A stretch of DNA of 64,000 nt from the NCBI GenBank assembly GCA_964016885.1, contig OZ024756.1:6820001-6884000 (forward strand), written 5' to 3'. Under the pieces are notes generated by a model that was given only the letters and a program-made list of their open reading frames with translations, searched no databases and had not been told where the DNA came from. Positions 43,421 through 58,684 of the stretch are shown here, in pieces. Each line of letters starts with the position of its first letter. Position 1 is the first letter of the stretch. Both the position numbers and the translations under genes were made by a program. The DNA comes from Eledone cirrhosa. Its lineage: Eukaryota.

Positions 43421-45009
43421 AAACAATACTGAAGCATACGTGTGTCATATTGTCGATAGATGATATATATGTGTAAAATAATGATCAGAGAACTTCTATT
43501 TTATTAAACAATACTGAAGTGTACCTGTGTCATATTGTCAATAGGTGATATATAGGTGTAACATAATGATCAGAGAACTTCTATTTTATTAAACAATACT
43601 GAAGCATACGTGTGTCATATTGTCAATAGGTGATATATAGGTGTAACATAATGATCAGAGAACTTCTATTTTATTAAACAATACTGAAGTGTACCTGCGT
43701 CTTATTGTCAATAGGTGATATATATGTGTAAAATAATGATCAGAGAACTTCTATTTTATTAAACAATACTGAAGTGTACCTGCGTCTTATTGTCAATAGG
43801 TGATATATAGGTGTAAAATAATGATCAGAGAACTTCTATTTTATTAAACAATACTGAAGTGTACCTGCGTCTTATTGTCAATAGGTGATATATATGTGTA
43901 AAATAATGATCAGAGAACTTCTATTTTATTAAACAATACTGAAGTGTACCTGTGTCATATTGTCAATAGGTGATATATAGGTGTAAAATAATGATCAGAG
44001 AACTTCTATTTTATTAAACAATACTGAAGTGTACCTGCGTCTTATTGTCAATAGGTGATATATAGGTGTAAAATAATGATCAGAGAACTTCTATTTTATT
44101 AAACAATACTGAAGCATACGTGTGTCATATTGTCAATAGGTGATATATATGTGTAAAATAATGATCAGAGAACTTCTATTTTATTAAACAATACTGAAGT
44201 GTACCTGCGTCTTATTGTCAATAGGTGATATATAGGTGTAAAATAATGATCAGAGAACTTCTATTTTATTAAACAATACTGAAGCATACGTGTGTCATAT
44301 TGTCAATAGGTGATATATATGTGTAAAATAATGATCAGAGAACTTCTATTTTATTAAACAATACTGAAGTGTACCTGCGTCTTATTGTCAATAGGTGATA
44401 TATAGGTGTAAAATAATGATCAGAGAACTTCTATTTTATTAAACAATACTGAAGTGTACCTGCGTCTTATTGTCAATAGGTGATATATAGGTGTAAAATA
44501 ATGATCAGAGAACTTCTATTTTATTAAACAATACTGAAGCATACGTGTGTCATATTGTCAATAGGTGATATATATGTGTAAAATAATGATCAGAGAACTT
44601 CTATTTTATTAAACAATACTGAAGTGTACCTGCGTCTTATTGTCAATAGGTGATATATAGGTGTAAAATAATGATCAGAGAACTTCTATTTTATTAAACA
44701 ATACTGAAGCATACGTGTGTCATATTGTCAATAGGTGATATATATGTGTAAAATAATGATCAGAGAACTTCTATTTTATTAAACAATACTGAAGTGTACC
44801 TGCGTCTTATTGTCAATAGGTGATATATAGGTGTAAAATAATGATCAGAGAACTTCTATTTTATTAAACAATACTGAAGTGTACCTGTGTCATATTGTCA
44901 ATAGGTGATATATAGGTGTAAAATAATGATCAGAGAACTTCTATTTTATTAAACAATACTGAAGTGTACCTGTGTCATATTGTCAATAGGTGATATATAG
45001 GTGTAAAAT
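43421..45009. repeat. 85-bp tandem satellite, about 18.7 copies
   Basis: aaacaatactgaag... recurs at 43421, 43506, 43591, 43676 and onward. Confidence 0.97.
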
Positions 45010-45214
45010 TCTTTCATGGATGTTAGTTCTTTACTTGAGGAGAAACATTTTTTAGGGGCGATATAGAATATATTTAACCGAATATTATTTTTGTTTATTT
45101 ATTATTAATAAAGATTGCACCAGCAATGTACTAGGGTCGATTTAATCGAATGTCCCTCTCACCAAATGACTGGCCTGGTGCCTATACTAGAAATCATTAT
45201 TAATAAAGGTTAAT

Positions 45215-45400
45215 GGGCGGTGGATTGGCAGTATCGGTAGAGGGTCGGACGCCATGCTTTCCAGCATAGTTACGTCCCTTTACGATCTGAGTTCAAATCC
45301 CGCCGAGGTTAACTTTGCCTTTCATCCTTACGGGGTCGATCAAATAAAGTACCAGTAATGCACTGGGTAATTGCTGGCCTTGTGTCAAAAGTAGAAATAA
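45215..45400 (+). mobile_element. Full-length tRNA-derived SINE (family A) with TSD attattaataaaggtt
   Basis: A and B boxes; TSD at about 45196 and 45400; extra SINE 3' fragment 45120-45195. Confidence 0.9.
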
Positions 45401-45992
45401 TTATTAATAAAGGTTGCAAATAATGTCCATATTTTTCTGTGAACCAGCAACATTTTCTCTTGGACCACCAGTGATCGCGGGCCACCTGTTGGTGACCGCC
45501 GTCTTAGACAGTGGTGAGTCGTCTCACTCTCATAGAATTAGAGATTTTGCCACACTTACTGAATAAAGTAGTTCCTTTTACGGATTATTTTCAAACAGAA
45601 TTTTCTGAAAGTATAGAGTTAACCCATACTCGTACTAGACAGAAAATGTTTATCTTGTAATTATTTTTTATCAATTGTTTATTTACAAAGTTGTAAAGAA
45701 AATTTCTTGTTCGTCTTGCCCAACCCCAGAAAAAAATAATGAAGAAATAAATACAAGAAAAGTAGTTTTTTTCCTTAAATTCGAAAATGGGAAATATTTT
45801 GGAAATTGTGAAGATATATAAACACAGATTGCAAACAAAGACAACGAAAAATGATGACATTTAAATAAACAGACGCAATTACAAATAGAAACAGAAACAT
45901 TGACACTTAGAAACATACACAGAAAAAACATAAACGGACACATTAGTAACATAAACATAGACGATAGATACGTATATCTGATGAAAAACTAG

Positions 45993-46028
<36 letters not shown>

Positions 46029-46029
46029 C

Positions 46030-46133
<104 letters not shown>

Positions 46134-46134
46134 G

Positions 46135-46211
<77 letters not shown>

Positions 46212-46329
46212 ATATATATATATGTGTGTATATATATATATATATGTGTGTATATATATATATATATGTGTGTGTATATATATATATATATGTATATATA
46301 TGTATATATATATATGTATATATACACAC

Positions 46330-46429
<100 letters not shown>

Positions 46430-47090
46430 ATATATATATATGTGTGTGTATATATATATATATGTATATATATGTATATATATATATGTATATATATATG
46501 TATATATACGTCAGGTCACCAGTTGGTGCTACTAGTATACTAAACTGGCAACCCCACCAAGGTTTCTTGGTGCGGAGGGTAACTTTGGACATCCTGCAGG
46601 ACTAAAAACAAAACCTGTCAAAGGGCAAAGGAGCTCTTAAGAGTCAATGGCCATCCAAAATCACCGGGAAAGATGACCCCTTAGCCTTTGTCAATGCAGA
46701 ATTCTAGGAGAAGGAAAACTCTGATATAACACCTGCAACCCTGATGGTATCCAATGATGTTGACTTGTTCTTCTTTTTGGTAAATATCATCTTGGTTAAG
46801 AGAGTGGGACTGGCTTTGTGCAGTGCCTTTGCTCACTATAAAAGCTTCACGGCACAGGCATTGCTTTATATCTGGAGATCTCTCTGTACTTGTCGTCACA
46901 TGGTACCATGGGCCCAGCACTATGTGTCAATAATTGTCACAAGTGTAGTGTTTATACCAGAGTTTTCAAGTCGCTGGCTGGACTAAAAAGTCACACTCGT
47001 TCAGCACATCGGTAGGGGTTCTCCTACATGGATATAAAGTAGTGGCCGGACTCGAAAACGAGTTGGCAGCCACCACCATATGTATATATG

Positions 47091-47217
<127 letters not shown>

Positions 47218-47252
47218 CTAAATATATATATAAATGTATATATGTATATACC

Positions 47253-47288
<36 letters not shown>

Positions 47289-47337
47289 ATACAATATATA
47301 TATATATATATGTATATATGTATATACCATATATATG

Positions 47338-47413
<76 letters not shown>

Positions 47414-47416
47414 TAC

Positions 47417-47509
<93 letters not shown>

Positions 47510-47539
47510 TATACATATATATATATATAAATATATATA

Positions 47540-47721
47540 ATTGTTTCTACTTTTGGCACAAGGCCAGCAATTGCCCAGTACATTACTGGTACTTTATTTT
47601 ATCGACCCCGTAAGGATGAAAGGCAAAGTTAACCTCGGCGGGATTTGAACACAGACCGTAAAGGGACGTAACTATGCTGGAAAGCATGGCGTCCGACTCT
47701 CTACTGATACTGCCAATCCAT
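47540..47721 (-). mobile_element. tRNA-derived SINE (family A)
   Basis: Reverse complement of the 45215 copy. Confidence 0.88.
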
Positions 47722-47724
47722 ATA

Positions 47725-48330
47725 ATACATTATGAAGAGAGAAGAAACATTAGATATAATTAATAATAAGATGTACCATACCTAAAGTCCTTCTTTACTC
47801 CTCGACTACGTAGTTTCGTGGCATATTATGCAAAAACACTACATCACAGAGATATAGAATTTTTGTTGTGTGTTTCTATATATTGTTTATAACTCCCTTT
47901 GGTCGAGTAACCTTTGAAGTGTAGTGACTGCTGGAAAGCTACCATTTCTCATACTTCTCGCCACCTTAGCCACCTCTTCTACGGCATTGATATAAATACT
48001 CCCTCCGCCCCCGTGGTACTTTTTTCATGGTTATAAGAGGCTTAGCTCTGTTTCTTGACCGCTGTGTCGCGTGATTGATTCCCACTCCCCCCTCTCTGTG
48101 ATGTAGTGTTTTTGCAAAATATGCCACGAAACTACGTTGTCGAGGAGTAAAGAAGGAGTTTAGGTATGATATATCTTATTACTAATCATATCTAACGTTT
48201 CTTCTCTCTTCATAATGTATTATATAGCTCTGATACTGAATCAATCGAATCCATTCGGATTATTTTGTCCCAGTTATTCATTTATTCATAGAGCAACATC
48301 GGTTGAGGTTGGTACCACTAACTCAGGGAT
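47725..48330 (+). mobile_element. Palindrome (47725-47851/48094-48221) + tail, PLE-like
   Basis: Inverted arms; GAAAC-tacgta-GTC-gaggag with variant core ctgtga. Confidence 0.75.
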
Positions 48331-48377
48331 ATATGTGGATATATTCATGTATATGTATGTGTCCGCATGTATCTGTG

Positions 48378-48492
<115 letters not shown>

Positions 48493-48577
48493 TTATATAT
48501 ATATTTATATATATATAAATATATATATATATTTATATATATATTTATATATATATTTATATATATATTTATATATA

Positions 48578-48627
<50 letters not shown>

Positions 48628-48629
48628 CA

Positions 48630-48687
<58 letters not shown>

Positions 48688-48769
48688 GATAGAGAGAGAT
48701 GTGTGTGCGATATATATACTATTATAGTTTTGAGTACTTAGTACACTACGTGTGTATATATATATATAT

Positions 48770-49678
48770 AAGAAGAAGAAGAAGAAGAAGAAGATGAAGA
48801 AGAAGAAGAAGAAGAAGAAGAAGAAGAAGAAGAAGAAGAAGAAGAAGAAGAAGAAGGAGAGTGTTATTATTTTGTCTTCTCATCACGGGAGTAATTAAAA
48901 TGAATTAAAATTAATCATTTTTGAACCGATTTCCCTAAAATATAAATGTTTAACTTTTAAAGGGTTTTGGAAGGGGCCCAGATCTAGGAGGTTGATAGAG
49001 AAGGGCGCTACATCAATTATTTCAAACCCTGTATGTTCGCATCTAATACTCTGACTTCCGTTATTTCAAGGGAAAATATAATGATGGTGGTGGTGATGGT
49101 GGTGGTGGTGAAGTGGTGGTGGTGGTGGTGGTGGTGATGATGATGGTGATGTGATGGTGATGTGGTGGTGATGGTGGTGGTGGTGATGATAATGGTGATG
49201 TGGTGGTGGTGGTGGTGGTGATGGTGGTGGTAGTGGTAGTGTTGATGACGGTGGTGATGGTGGTGGTGGTGATGGTGGTGGTGGTGGTAGTGGTGAAGTG
49301 GTGGTGGTGGTGATGATGATGGTGATGTGGTGGTGGTGGTGGTGGTGGTGGTGGTGGTGATGGTGGCGTCGAGGACAATGAAGGTAACAACAACAATAAC
49401 AACAACGACAACAATAATATTCATAATAACAATGATGAGTATGATGATGATGATGATGAAGATAATGAGGTTAACAACGACAACAATAATATTAATACTA
49501 TTGATGATGATGATGATGGTGATAAGGAGGAGGGGTAAGTAGAAGGAGGCGGAGGGTGAAGAAGGAGGAGGTAGAGACTAGTCCCAGTTCATTGCCAGAA
49601 GAAATTAATTTTTAAGTTGCCAAATGTACATATACTTCCGGTGTTAACAAAGTAGCGAATTCTTTCAATGATGTAATA

Positions 49679-49729
<51 letters not shown>

Positions 49730-49730
49730 T
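48770..49730. repeat. (GAA)n, (TGG/TGA)n and (AAT)n simple repeats
   Basis: Direct inspection. Confidence 0.9.
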
Positions 49731-50074
49731 GGAAAGGGGGGCAGGGACAGAAAAAGGATATTTCAAGCACTAAATTATCAGGGAATTTAGAAAATTACTC
49801 CTCAGACCAGACGGCATTTCTACCTTAGACTGTTTAATTATAAGGAGTTTAGTTAGATGAAAAGCTAGAAAGAGTAAATTGGTTTGCAGACAGCTTGGCC
49901 ATTAGAAGCTATCATGGGAAAACAGGGACGGCTTGTAAGGGAACATGTTAAATTTATAGAATGAACATATAAATAAATACTTCGTTTTTGTATTTACTTT
50001 GCAAGATTTCTTACATACAACAAACTAAAACGTGATGTAGGACAGAAGAAAAGAGAGTCACAAAATAACAAATT

Positions 50075-50119
50075 TGTCACTGAGGAGGTCACAGAATGTG
50101 TGACGAAAGAGCTTTGGCA
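50075..50119 (+). ncRNA. Hammerhead-like motif in a PLE-type 3' end (to about 50228)
   Basis: tgtca CTGAGGA g gtcac-agaatgt-gtgac GAAA gag CTT tggca. Confidence 0.6.
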
Positions 50120-50487
50120 ATATATAAACAACCTTCCAACCAATTGGAAATGTATAATAAATTGAAGTGAAAACCAACAGGTGCGTGTGTTTTTATTGGC
50201 AACATGACCCTCTCAAAGTATAACAATACAAATACATATTTAAACGTATAGAGCTATGCCAAAAACACGAGGGATTTTTTAAGTAATTTTATTTTTTTAG
50301 ACTGATTTAACTATTGATGTAAAAGTGAAACTTTCGGTTATTTTCTAGTTAAATGTTTTGCTAGGAACTATTACATGGAGCGAGGGCTAAAATACTACAA
50401 TTCACAATATTTTACTAAAAATCCGAAACACAGACTTTAGACGAATAAAACAATGGATTACAGTTTCTATGAATGAAAATAGACTTT

Positions 50488-51005
50488 ATCCTGCTAAACC
50501 AAATACACACGGTTACATAGCTCTCTTATATTACCTACTAAACCAAATAAACACGGTTAAGTAGCTCTTATATATATTTCCTACTAAACCAAATAAACAC
50601 GGTTACATAGCTCTTATATATATTTCCTACCACACCAAATTTACACGGTTACATAGCTACCTTATATATTTCCTACTAAACCAAATAAACACGGTTACAT
50701 AGCGTCCTTATATATATTTCCTACTAAACAAAAAAAAAAACACGGTTACATAGCTCTCTTATATTTCCTACCACACCAAATTTACACGGTTACATAGCTC
50801 CCTTATATATTTCCTAGTAAACCAAATAAACACGGTTACATAGCTCCCAGCTCCCTTGTAAATATTTCTTACTAAATCAAATAAACACGGTTAAATAGCT
50901 CTTATATATATTTCCTACTAAACCAAATAAGCACGGTTAAATAGCTCTTATATCTATTTCCTACTAAACAAAATAAACACGGTTACATAGCTCGTATAAA
51001 TATTT
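50488..51005. repeat. About 43-bp minisatellite (cctactaaaccaaataaacacggttacatagctc...)
   Basis: About 12 diverged units. Confidence 0.92.
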
Positions 51006-51007
51006 CG

Positions 51008-51567
51008 AAGACGCGTGGCTTTGTGGTCAGGGTATTTGGCTCAAGTTCGTGAGTTCGATTCCAGGTGGTGCGCTGGCTCCTTGAGCAAGGCACTTTATTT
51101 CCCGTTGCTCCAGTCCACTCAGCTGGCAAAAATAAGTTGTACCTGTAATTCGAAGAACCAGCCTTGTCACATTCTGTGACACGCTGAATCTCCCGGAGAA
51201 CTACATTAACAGTACACGTGTCTGTGGAATGCTCAGCCATTTGCACGTTAATAGATGAACTGTGCCTGTAATTCGAAGAGCCAACCTGGTCACATTCTGT
51301 GTCACGCTGAATCTCCCTGAGAACTACGTTAACAGTACACGTGTCTGTGGAATGCTCAGCCATTTGCACGTTAATAGATGGACTGTGCCTGTAATTCGAA
51401 GAGCCAGCCTGGTCACATTCTGTGTCATGCTGAATCTTCCTGAGAACTACGTTAAGGGCATGTGTGTTTGTGGAATGCTCAGCCATTTACACGTTTATTT
51501 CACTAGCAGGCTGTTCCGTTGATGGATCAACTGGAACACTCGTCGTAGTAACTAATGGAGTGCCCTC
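51008..51567 (+). mobile_element. tRNA-derived SINE (family C) with an internal roughly 122-bp triplication
   Basis: A box tggctttgtggtca, B box gagttcgattcc, ccttgagcaaggcac; cctgtaattcgaag repeated three times. Confidence 0.88.
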
Positions 51568-51961
51568 CTATAAATATTTCCCACCAAATTAAGTGAACAC
51601 GAATACGTAGTAGTTATCCATATGTCCTCCTCTTTGTGTACACCAGGACATAATATCGCAATAAAACATTTCTACATCTTAACATTTATGTTCAAGTTAA
51701 TGCATTGATTAACATAGGTTAATTATTCATGAATAACTAAGGGCGACAATTACATGGGATCTAATTAGCTTTTACAGGAATATATACGGCACAACAGTCG
51801 TTGGATATGTGGATGACTGTATATAAAACACATTCCTAGACGGTTATTAAACAAAAGTTATGTTTCAAACATGACAGGCTCTATCACTTTCTTACATTCA
51901 AATATTACATGTCGACTATATTTTTCCCTCACACACTCTCTCCATATATATATATATGTAT

Positions 51962-52030
<69 letters not shown>

Positions 52031-52043
52031 GTATATATATATG

Positions 52044-52096
<53 letters not shown>

Positions 52097-52105
52097 GTAT
52101 ATATG

Positions 52106-52160
<55 letters not shown>

Positions 52161-52167
52161 GTATATA

Positions 52168-52363
<196 letters not shown>

Positions 52364-52816
52364 GGTGTAAGTGCACTATATCCCTTTCTATCAATCTCCC
52401 CTCTCCTACCGACCACAGGGAGCTATATGTACGTATATTGCTTCCACCCCCTCACTGACCAGCAGCTGGCCATCTGGCCATTGTTAAATCTGACCTTTAT
52501 AAAAATAACCCACACCGCCAAATAACTTCTCATTCACTACCAGAAGCAGTCAACTTGCGGCTAACAATATGAAAACTACTATGAAATCCCACAATGAATT
52601 TTATACTTGAATTTTCAAATCTCAAATTTTAACTCTTCTTATTATTAATTTTTCTTAATATTAATCAACATTTGAAAAGATGGCTTTTGCAGACCCATCG
52701 AAACCGGTCATTTTTTACACCCTTTATTATTTCCTTACCTTATAAAATTATATGTTTTTTCACAAAAAAGTATTCTGTCTCTTATATATTCCATGTGCCA
52801 TTACCAACCTCAATTT

Positions 52817-52893
<77 letters not shown>

Positions 52894-53139
52894 CTATATA
52901 TATATATAAATATATATATATAGTGTGTGAACACTTGGATGGGAACAAAAAAAGGAGGTAGACAAATAAAGGTTTATTAGGTTCACGCTCTTGAGAGTGT
53001 GGGGGGGGGCGTTTCGGGGATAAGCCCTTCTTCAGGAGAAAATTGGGCAGGAAGAGAGTTCTGAGGGTGTGTAGAGTAGTGGTGGAAAGCCATTTAGAAA
53101 CGAAATTGTTTTCAATCCCTGAGTCAATAACAAACAAAC

Positions 53140-53220
53140 GCTCGATTTTTTCGGTTATAAAGAATTTTTCGTTACAACGAATTTGTTATACCCTCTGAAT
53201 TCCCTTATAAGGGGATTTCA

Positions 53221-53273
<53 letters not shown>

Positions 53274-53300
53274 CAGGTGAAATTCCCTTATAACGTCACT
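53140..53300. mobile_element. Pogo/Tigger-like TIR ends facing across a (TA)n tract
   Basis: cccttataaggggatttcagtgTA and TAcaggtgaaattcccttataacg. Confidence 0.45.
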
Positions 53301-54144
53301 TGCCAATTACGTCACTACATTAAAAGACGCCAACATCAGCTTCTCCACACACTGGGATATTGTCGGTCGGGCTGCATCCTACAATTTCAAGAGGAAGCGC
53401 CAGCTTTGCCTCATGGAGCTTTCCTACATTATAAGAACACCCCACAAGGTCATAAACATCAGGGCAGAATCAGTCATAAACTGTAGGCACCGAATGCAGG
53501 CGTCTTATTTCGGGTGGGAAGCGACTGCGGCATGAAAACTATAAACTGGGTCCCCCTGCCCAAACCATAACACTCCGGTTGGCAGGGGATGTAAACAAAC
53601 ATCAGTAAACTAAATGTACATCCCAGACCCGGCTCGAACCGGCATTAGTAAAACAACACCCATAAAATAATAACACAAAACACCATCATGTGAATGGGTA
53701 ATAAATCCAGTGGGACAAGATTATTCGAGCACCGGCCATAGTTACTTCCCCTGCTCTGCGGTAATAACCACAAATGTACTTAAGCGAAGAATGAACTCTG
53801 ATGTGAATTTAACCTTAAAACCCCTCCTGCGTCGCGTATTGATCATTTTTTTGTTTTCCATGCCCTTGATAATCCCATTCTGGGCGAAACGTACGTAGGC
53901 GCATTGTTATATAAACATGTTTTAACGTTTATACTTTTTGTATTCATTTCTTTTATAATCGCTCTGCTTATTTTCTCGCCCAATAAATATTAACGCTTTT
54001 AATATTTAACTCTGTAGGCACGAGTATTGAGCACATTTGCGCAAACTATTGGCAACTAAATATATGTATCGCTTATCTTTCCTTTTTACACTCTCTCGAT
54101 ACTTAAACATTCTCTCTCTATATATATATATTAAAGAAATTATA

Positions 54145-54234
54145 TTAAGAACCCTCGGAGAAATGGAAAAAGATGAGTATTGACGTACATGTACGTCAAT
54201 ACTCATCTTTTTCCATTTCTCCGAGGGTTCTTAA
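54145..54234. repeat. Perfect 90-bp palindrome with no loop; second hairpin element at 54366-54502
   Basis: ttaagaaccctcggag...gtacatgtac...ctccgagggttcttaa. Confidence 0.92.
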
Positions 54235-55679
54235 CCCACTATCAGGGTAAATAATTTCTTTAATTTATTTAGTCAAAATACGGCAATAGCTTACATTTCT
54301 AATAATTTCAAACCCACTCGCGGTCTCGAAAATATTCTTACTTGATATATATATATATAGAAGGGGTTACACAACAGTTAGTTCACCATACCGAGAACAA
54401 TTGTTCCACATTAGCGGATCCTTAGCGATTAGCGATTACGAGCTGGGGATCCGCTAAGGTGAAACAATTGTTCTCGGTATGGTGAACTAACTGTTGTGTA
54501 ACAAGCAGGACCCAAACGGCTGATGTCCCGCCGTTTCGACAGCTAGATCTGAGTATAACCGAAGTTGCAGCTGCGAGTAGCAGATTCACAATCGATTTTC
54601 CGAGGCTTTGATAACGCACTCAATGAGAGATTAATCAATAAATTACTCCTCAGAGTAATCACAATAAGTTAGATAATAGTGTCACAATGTAAAATGCGAC
54701 CAAATGCATGTTGCCACATTAATACTGCAACAACGAAAAATACATACAGGTTAAAGACGAACCTGGACCTGATCGATAGATATTAGATATTAATCGATAA
54801 TTATCTTTGATAGGTTTCATGGAAATCCGGAAGCTACTCTCTAAGTTGCGTAATGTATATGCAAGTAGGTAATGTATCCTAAGATGGAACGGTGATTTCC
54901 ATTCGTCAACAGGTCTTTTGTTCCAGTATCCTCTTTCCACGGAATATGAGACAACATTGCCTTTCGACCGTCAAGTGTATTTTCTCAAAAAGAGGAAGGT
55001 CACAGCCGGGTTTTGGCGGGTTCATTCAAACGTGTGATCAAAACAATTTATTTACAGCCTCGAAGTAATCTCTGAACTAGGTTTTCAAACAAACAATTAA
55101 ACAATCCATTATCTAATTAATGAATTAATTAATTATATAGTTTAAGAGAAAATTGCAAGAAATGTCACATATCAAGCAATGCCTGTGGTTGAAGCTTTTT
55201 TAAGTGAAGAAAGTCTTTGCACGGAGCCAATCCCTGAACATCAAATGTATTTGACGAAAAAGAATAACAGTTGTACATCCTTGGATACAAACGAAGTCGC
55301 AGGTTTTATATCAGAGTGACCTTCTCCTAGAGAGATGTCTTAATGAAGATAACTGGGTTGGAACAATCTGAAAAATTAATAAGAGGGAGTGGGGGGTGGA
55401 CGATTATTCAAGACTTCAGAGTATATGAAACATTAACAAAATGTTTATAAACTATTTTGACGTCTGTACGTATCTGTATGTTAGGCTCGTTAATGAGATA
55501 TCCCCTGGGGGTATGTATATGAAGTATAAGACAACCCCTCATATCTTACTAGTGTCGACGTGGGTAGAAGGAAATTATAGCAATTAACTAACGGGTATTC
55601 AGTAAGGGAAACACCGTATCAAAATGGCGAATGTACAAGTGGAAGGGGAGGGGAAATAGAGTTTGAAATGGAAAAGTGG

Positions 55680-56147
55680 GGAAGAGAGGAAGAGAGAGGT
55701 TGGAGGATAGAAGGAGAGAGAGTTTGGAGGAGAGGAAGAGAGAGTTTGGAGGAGAGGTAGAGAGAGTTTGGAGGAGAGGGAGAGAGAGTGTGGGGGAGAG
55801 AGGGAGAAAGAGTTTGGAGGAAAGATGGAGAGAGAGAGTTTGTAGGAGGGAGAGAGAGAGAGGGTTTAGAGGAGAGAGAGAGAGGATTTAGAGGAGAGGG
55901 AAAGGGAACATGGAGGAGAGGGGAAGAAAGATAGAGAGTTTGGAGGGTTGGCATACAGAGAGAGAGAGAGAGAGTTTAGAGGAGAGGGTGATAGAGTTTG
56001 GAATAGAGACAGTTGAAAGAAGAGAGAGAGAGAGTTTAGAGGAGAAGGAAAGGGAGCTTGGAGGATAGAGAGAGAGATAGGGAGAGTTTGGGGGATAGAC
56101 AGAGGGAGAGAGACTGATTGAGAGAAAAGAAGCTTGGAGGATAGAGG

Positions 56148-56180
<33 letters not shown>

Positions 56181-56226
56181 TTTGGAGGATAGAGGGAGAG
56201 AGACTGAGTGAGAGAAAGGAAGCTTG

Positions 56227-56280
<54 letters not shown>

Positions 56281-57930
56281 GCAGAGAGAGAGAGTTTGGA
56301 GGATAGAGGGAGAGAGACTGAGTGAGAGAAAGAGAGAGGTAGAAAGATAAAGAGATAGAGTGTCTGTGGTGATGTATTCTTCCTTTGCAACATGTCTACT
56401 TTGATCAAACGATCATCCCATATGCCTACCGCTGTAGTAACTATAAAATTAGCCCCACCAAACTATCAACTAATATCTTTCGCCATTCTTCCATTGCTTA
56501 GCTTTCATATAGAATTCCCTTTGAATTACAAACAACCCGTCAGATTCGGATTGTCGACTTGAAATGTATTCGTGTTCACATCATAGAAAAGATTATATTT
56601 TTCCTCCATTTTTTTTACCCTTTCCTTTTGTTTGTTTTTTCCTTTTATTTTCCCTTCTCTTTCAAATATATATTGAATTACTCACTCCGTTTTCTACATG
56701 TCTAGTTTTAAAGCAATAAAGCTTCTAGACGGCATTGCCTCTTACAAGCATGTCTGTTAGTCAACCATTTATTCAACTAGCTCCAGGCACATGGCAAACA
56801 GCAATGCTCTGACGAAGCCATGTGTCACAGTTTACCTGACATAATACCAAAATTGACGATATATATCCCACTCTCTCTCTTTCTCCCACACTCCCAGTCT
56901 CTCTCTTTCTCTCCCAACCTCAGTCTCTCTGTTTCTCTCCCTGTCTCTCTCTTTCTCTCCCACTCCCAGTCTCTCTCTTTCTCTCCCACTCCCAGTCTCT
57001 CTATTTCTCTTCCACTTCCAGTCTCTCTCTTTCTCTCTCACTCCCAGTTTCTCTCTTTCTCTCCCACTCCCACTCTCTCTCTCTTTCTCTCCCACTCCCA
57101 ATCTCTCTCTTTCCCTCCCACTCCCAGTATCTCTCTTTCTCTCCATATCTCTCTCTTTCTATCTCACTCCCACTCTCTCTCTTTCTCTCCCACTCCCAAT
57201 CTCTCTCTTTCCCTCCCACTCCCAGTCTCTCTCTTTCTCTCCCACTCCCAGTCTCTCTCTTTCTCTCCCACTCCCACTCTCTCTCTTTCTCTCCCACTCC
57301 CAGTCTCTCTCTTTCTCTCCCACTCCTACTCTCTCTCTTTCTCTCCCACTCCCAGTCTCTCTCTTTCTCTCCCACTCCCAGTCTCTCTATTTCTCTCCCA
57401 TTCCCAGTCTCTCTCTTTCTCTCCCACTCCCAGTCTCTCTATTTCTCTCCCATTCCCTGTCTCTCTCTTTCTTTCGCTCACTCCCACACCTTCCTTGTCT
57501 CTCTCTTTCTCTTCCTCTCTCACAATCTCCCCCTGTCTCTCTCTCTTTCTCTCCCTCTCTCACACACTCTCCCTGTCTCTCTCTTTCTCTCTCTCTCACA
57601 CACTCTCCCTGTCTCTCTCTTTCTCTCCCGCTCTCTCACACTCTCCCACACTCCACACTCTGCCTGTCCCGCTCTTTCTCTCCCTCTCTCCCACACTCTC
57701 CCTGTCTCTCTCTTTCTCTCTCTCTCCCACACTCTCCCTGTCTCTCTCTTTCTTTCGCTCACTCCCACACCTTCCTTGTCTATCTCTTTCTCTTCCTCTC
57801 TCACAATCTCCCCCTGTTTCTCTCTCTTTCTCTCCCTCTCTCACACACTCTCCCTGTCTCTCTCTTTCTCTCTCTCTCCCACACTATCCCTGTCTCTCTC
57901 TATCTCTCCCTCTCTCTATCTCTCATATCA
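55680..57930. repeat. GA-rich (55680-56345) and CT-rich roughly 25-bp minisatellite (56870-57930) tracts
   Basis: ctctctctttctctcccactcccagt units; explains the S/L/P ORFs. Confidence 0.9.
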
Positions 57931-58219
57931 ATATCACACCCTCAAACAATTCCCCACTCCTTTCACACCCAATCTCTCCCTCATTCTCACATCCCCCACC
58001 ATCCCAGACAGTCACCCACACATACCCACGCAGTCACCGCCACCACCCCAGTCAGTCACCCCCACCCCCACACCACCCCATACACTCTACACTGGGTATA
58101 TACAAATATATACATACATCCCACTAAACCTATTAGTTTTAAATAAATGCTGATGTTTGTTTCAAAGTCTTATTTACACATAAATCTCACTGCACCTCCT
58201 GTGACAGACTGAGAACACA

Positions 58220-58531
58220 CGTACATACACATACTTGCATATACATACACATTCATACACATATACATACACATATACAGACGCATACTTGCATATACAT
58301 ACAAATACATACACATATACATACACATATACATACACATACTTGCATATGCATACACATACATACACATATACATACACATATACAGACACATACTTGC
58401 ATATACATACAAATACATACACATATACATACACATATACATACACATACCTGCATATACATATACATATACATATACATATATGTATACTTGCATATAC
58501 ATACACATACTTGCATATACATATACATACT

Positions 58532-58591
<60 letters not shown>

Positions 58592-58653
58592 CTTGCATAT
58601 ACATATACATGTAAATATACATACACATATGTGCATATACATACACATACTTG

Positions 58654-58684
<31 letters not shown>

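Larger units (their letters stand above)
43329..45501. mobile_element. Non-autonomous hAT/Charlie-like element containing a satellite array and SINEs
   Basis: TIRs cagtggtcgccaac / gttggtgaccgccg, subterminal ggaccac motifs, degenerate 8-bp flanks gtttaaac / tcttagac. Confidence 0.6.

Noticed and set aside
43421-45009. CRISPR-like periodicity
   Set aside because: No unique spacers, no cas genes, eukaryotic context; a plain satellite
45215-45300. tRNA gene
   Set aside because: The A/B boxes belong to a multi-copy SINE head with body and TSD; no full cloverleaf
52670-52712. Hammerhead (gatgg/ccatc GAAAC CG GTC)
   Set aside because: Core reads TTGAAAA and stem I is absent; a relic at best
56820-58127. 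435-aa ORF
   Set aside because: Translation of a CT-rich minisatellite
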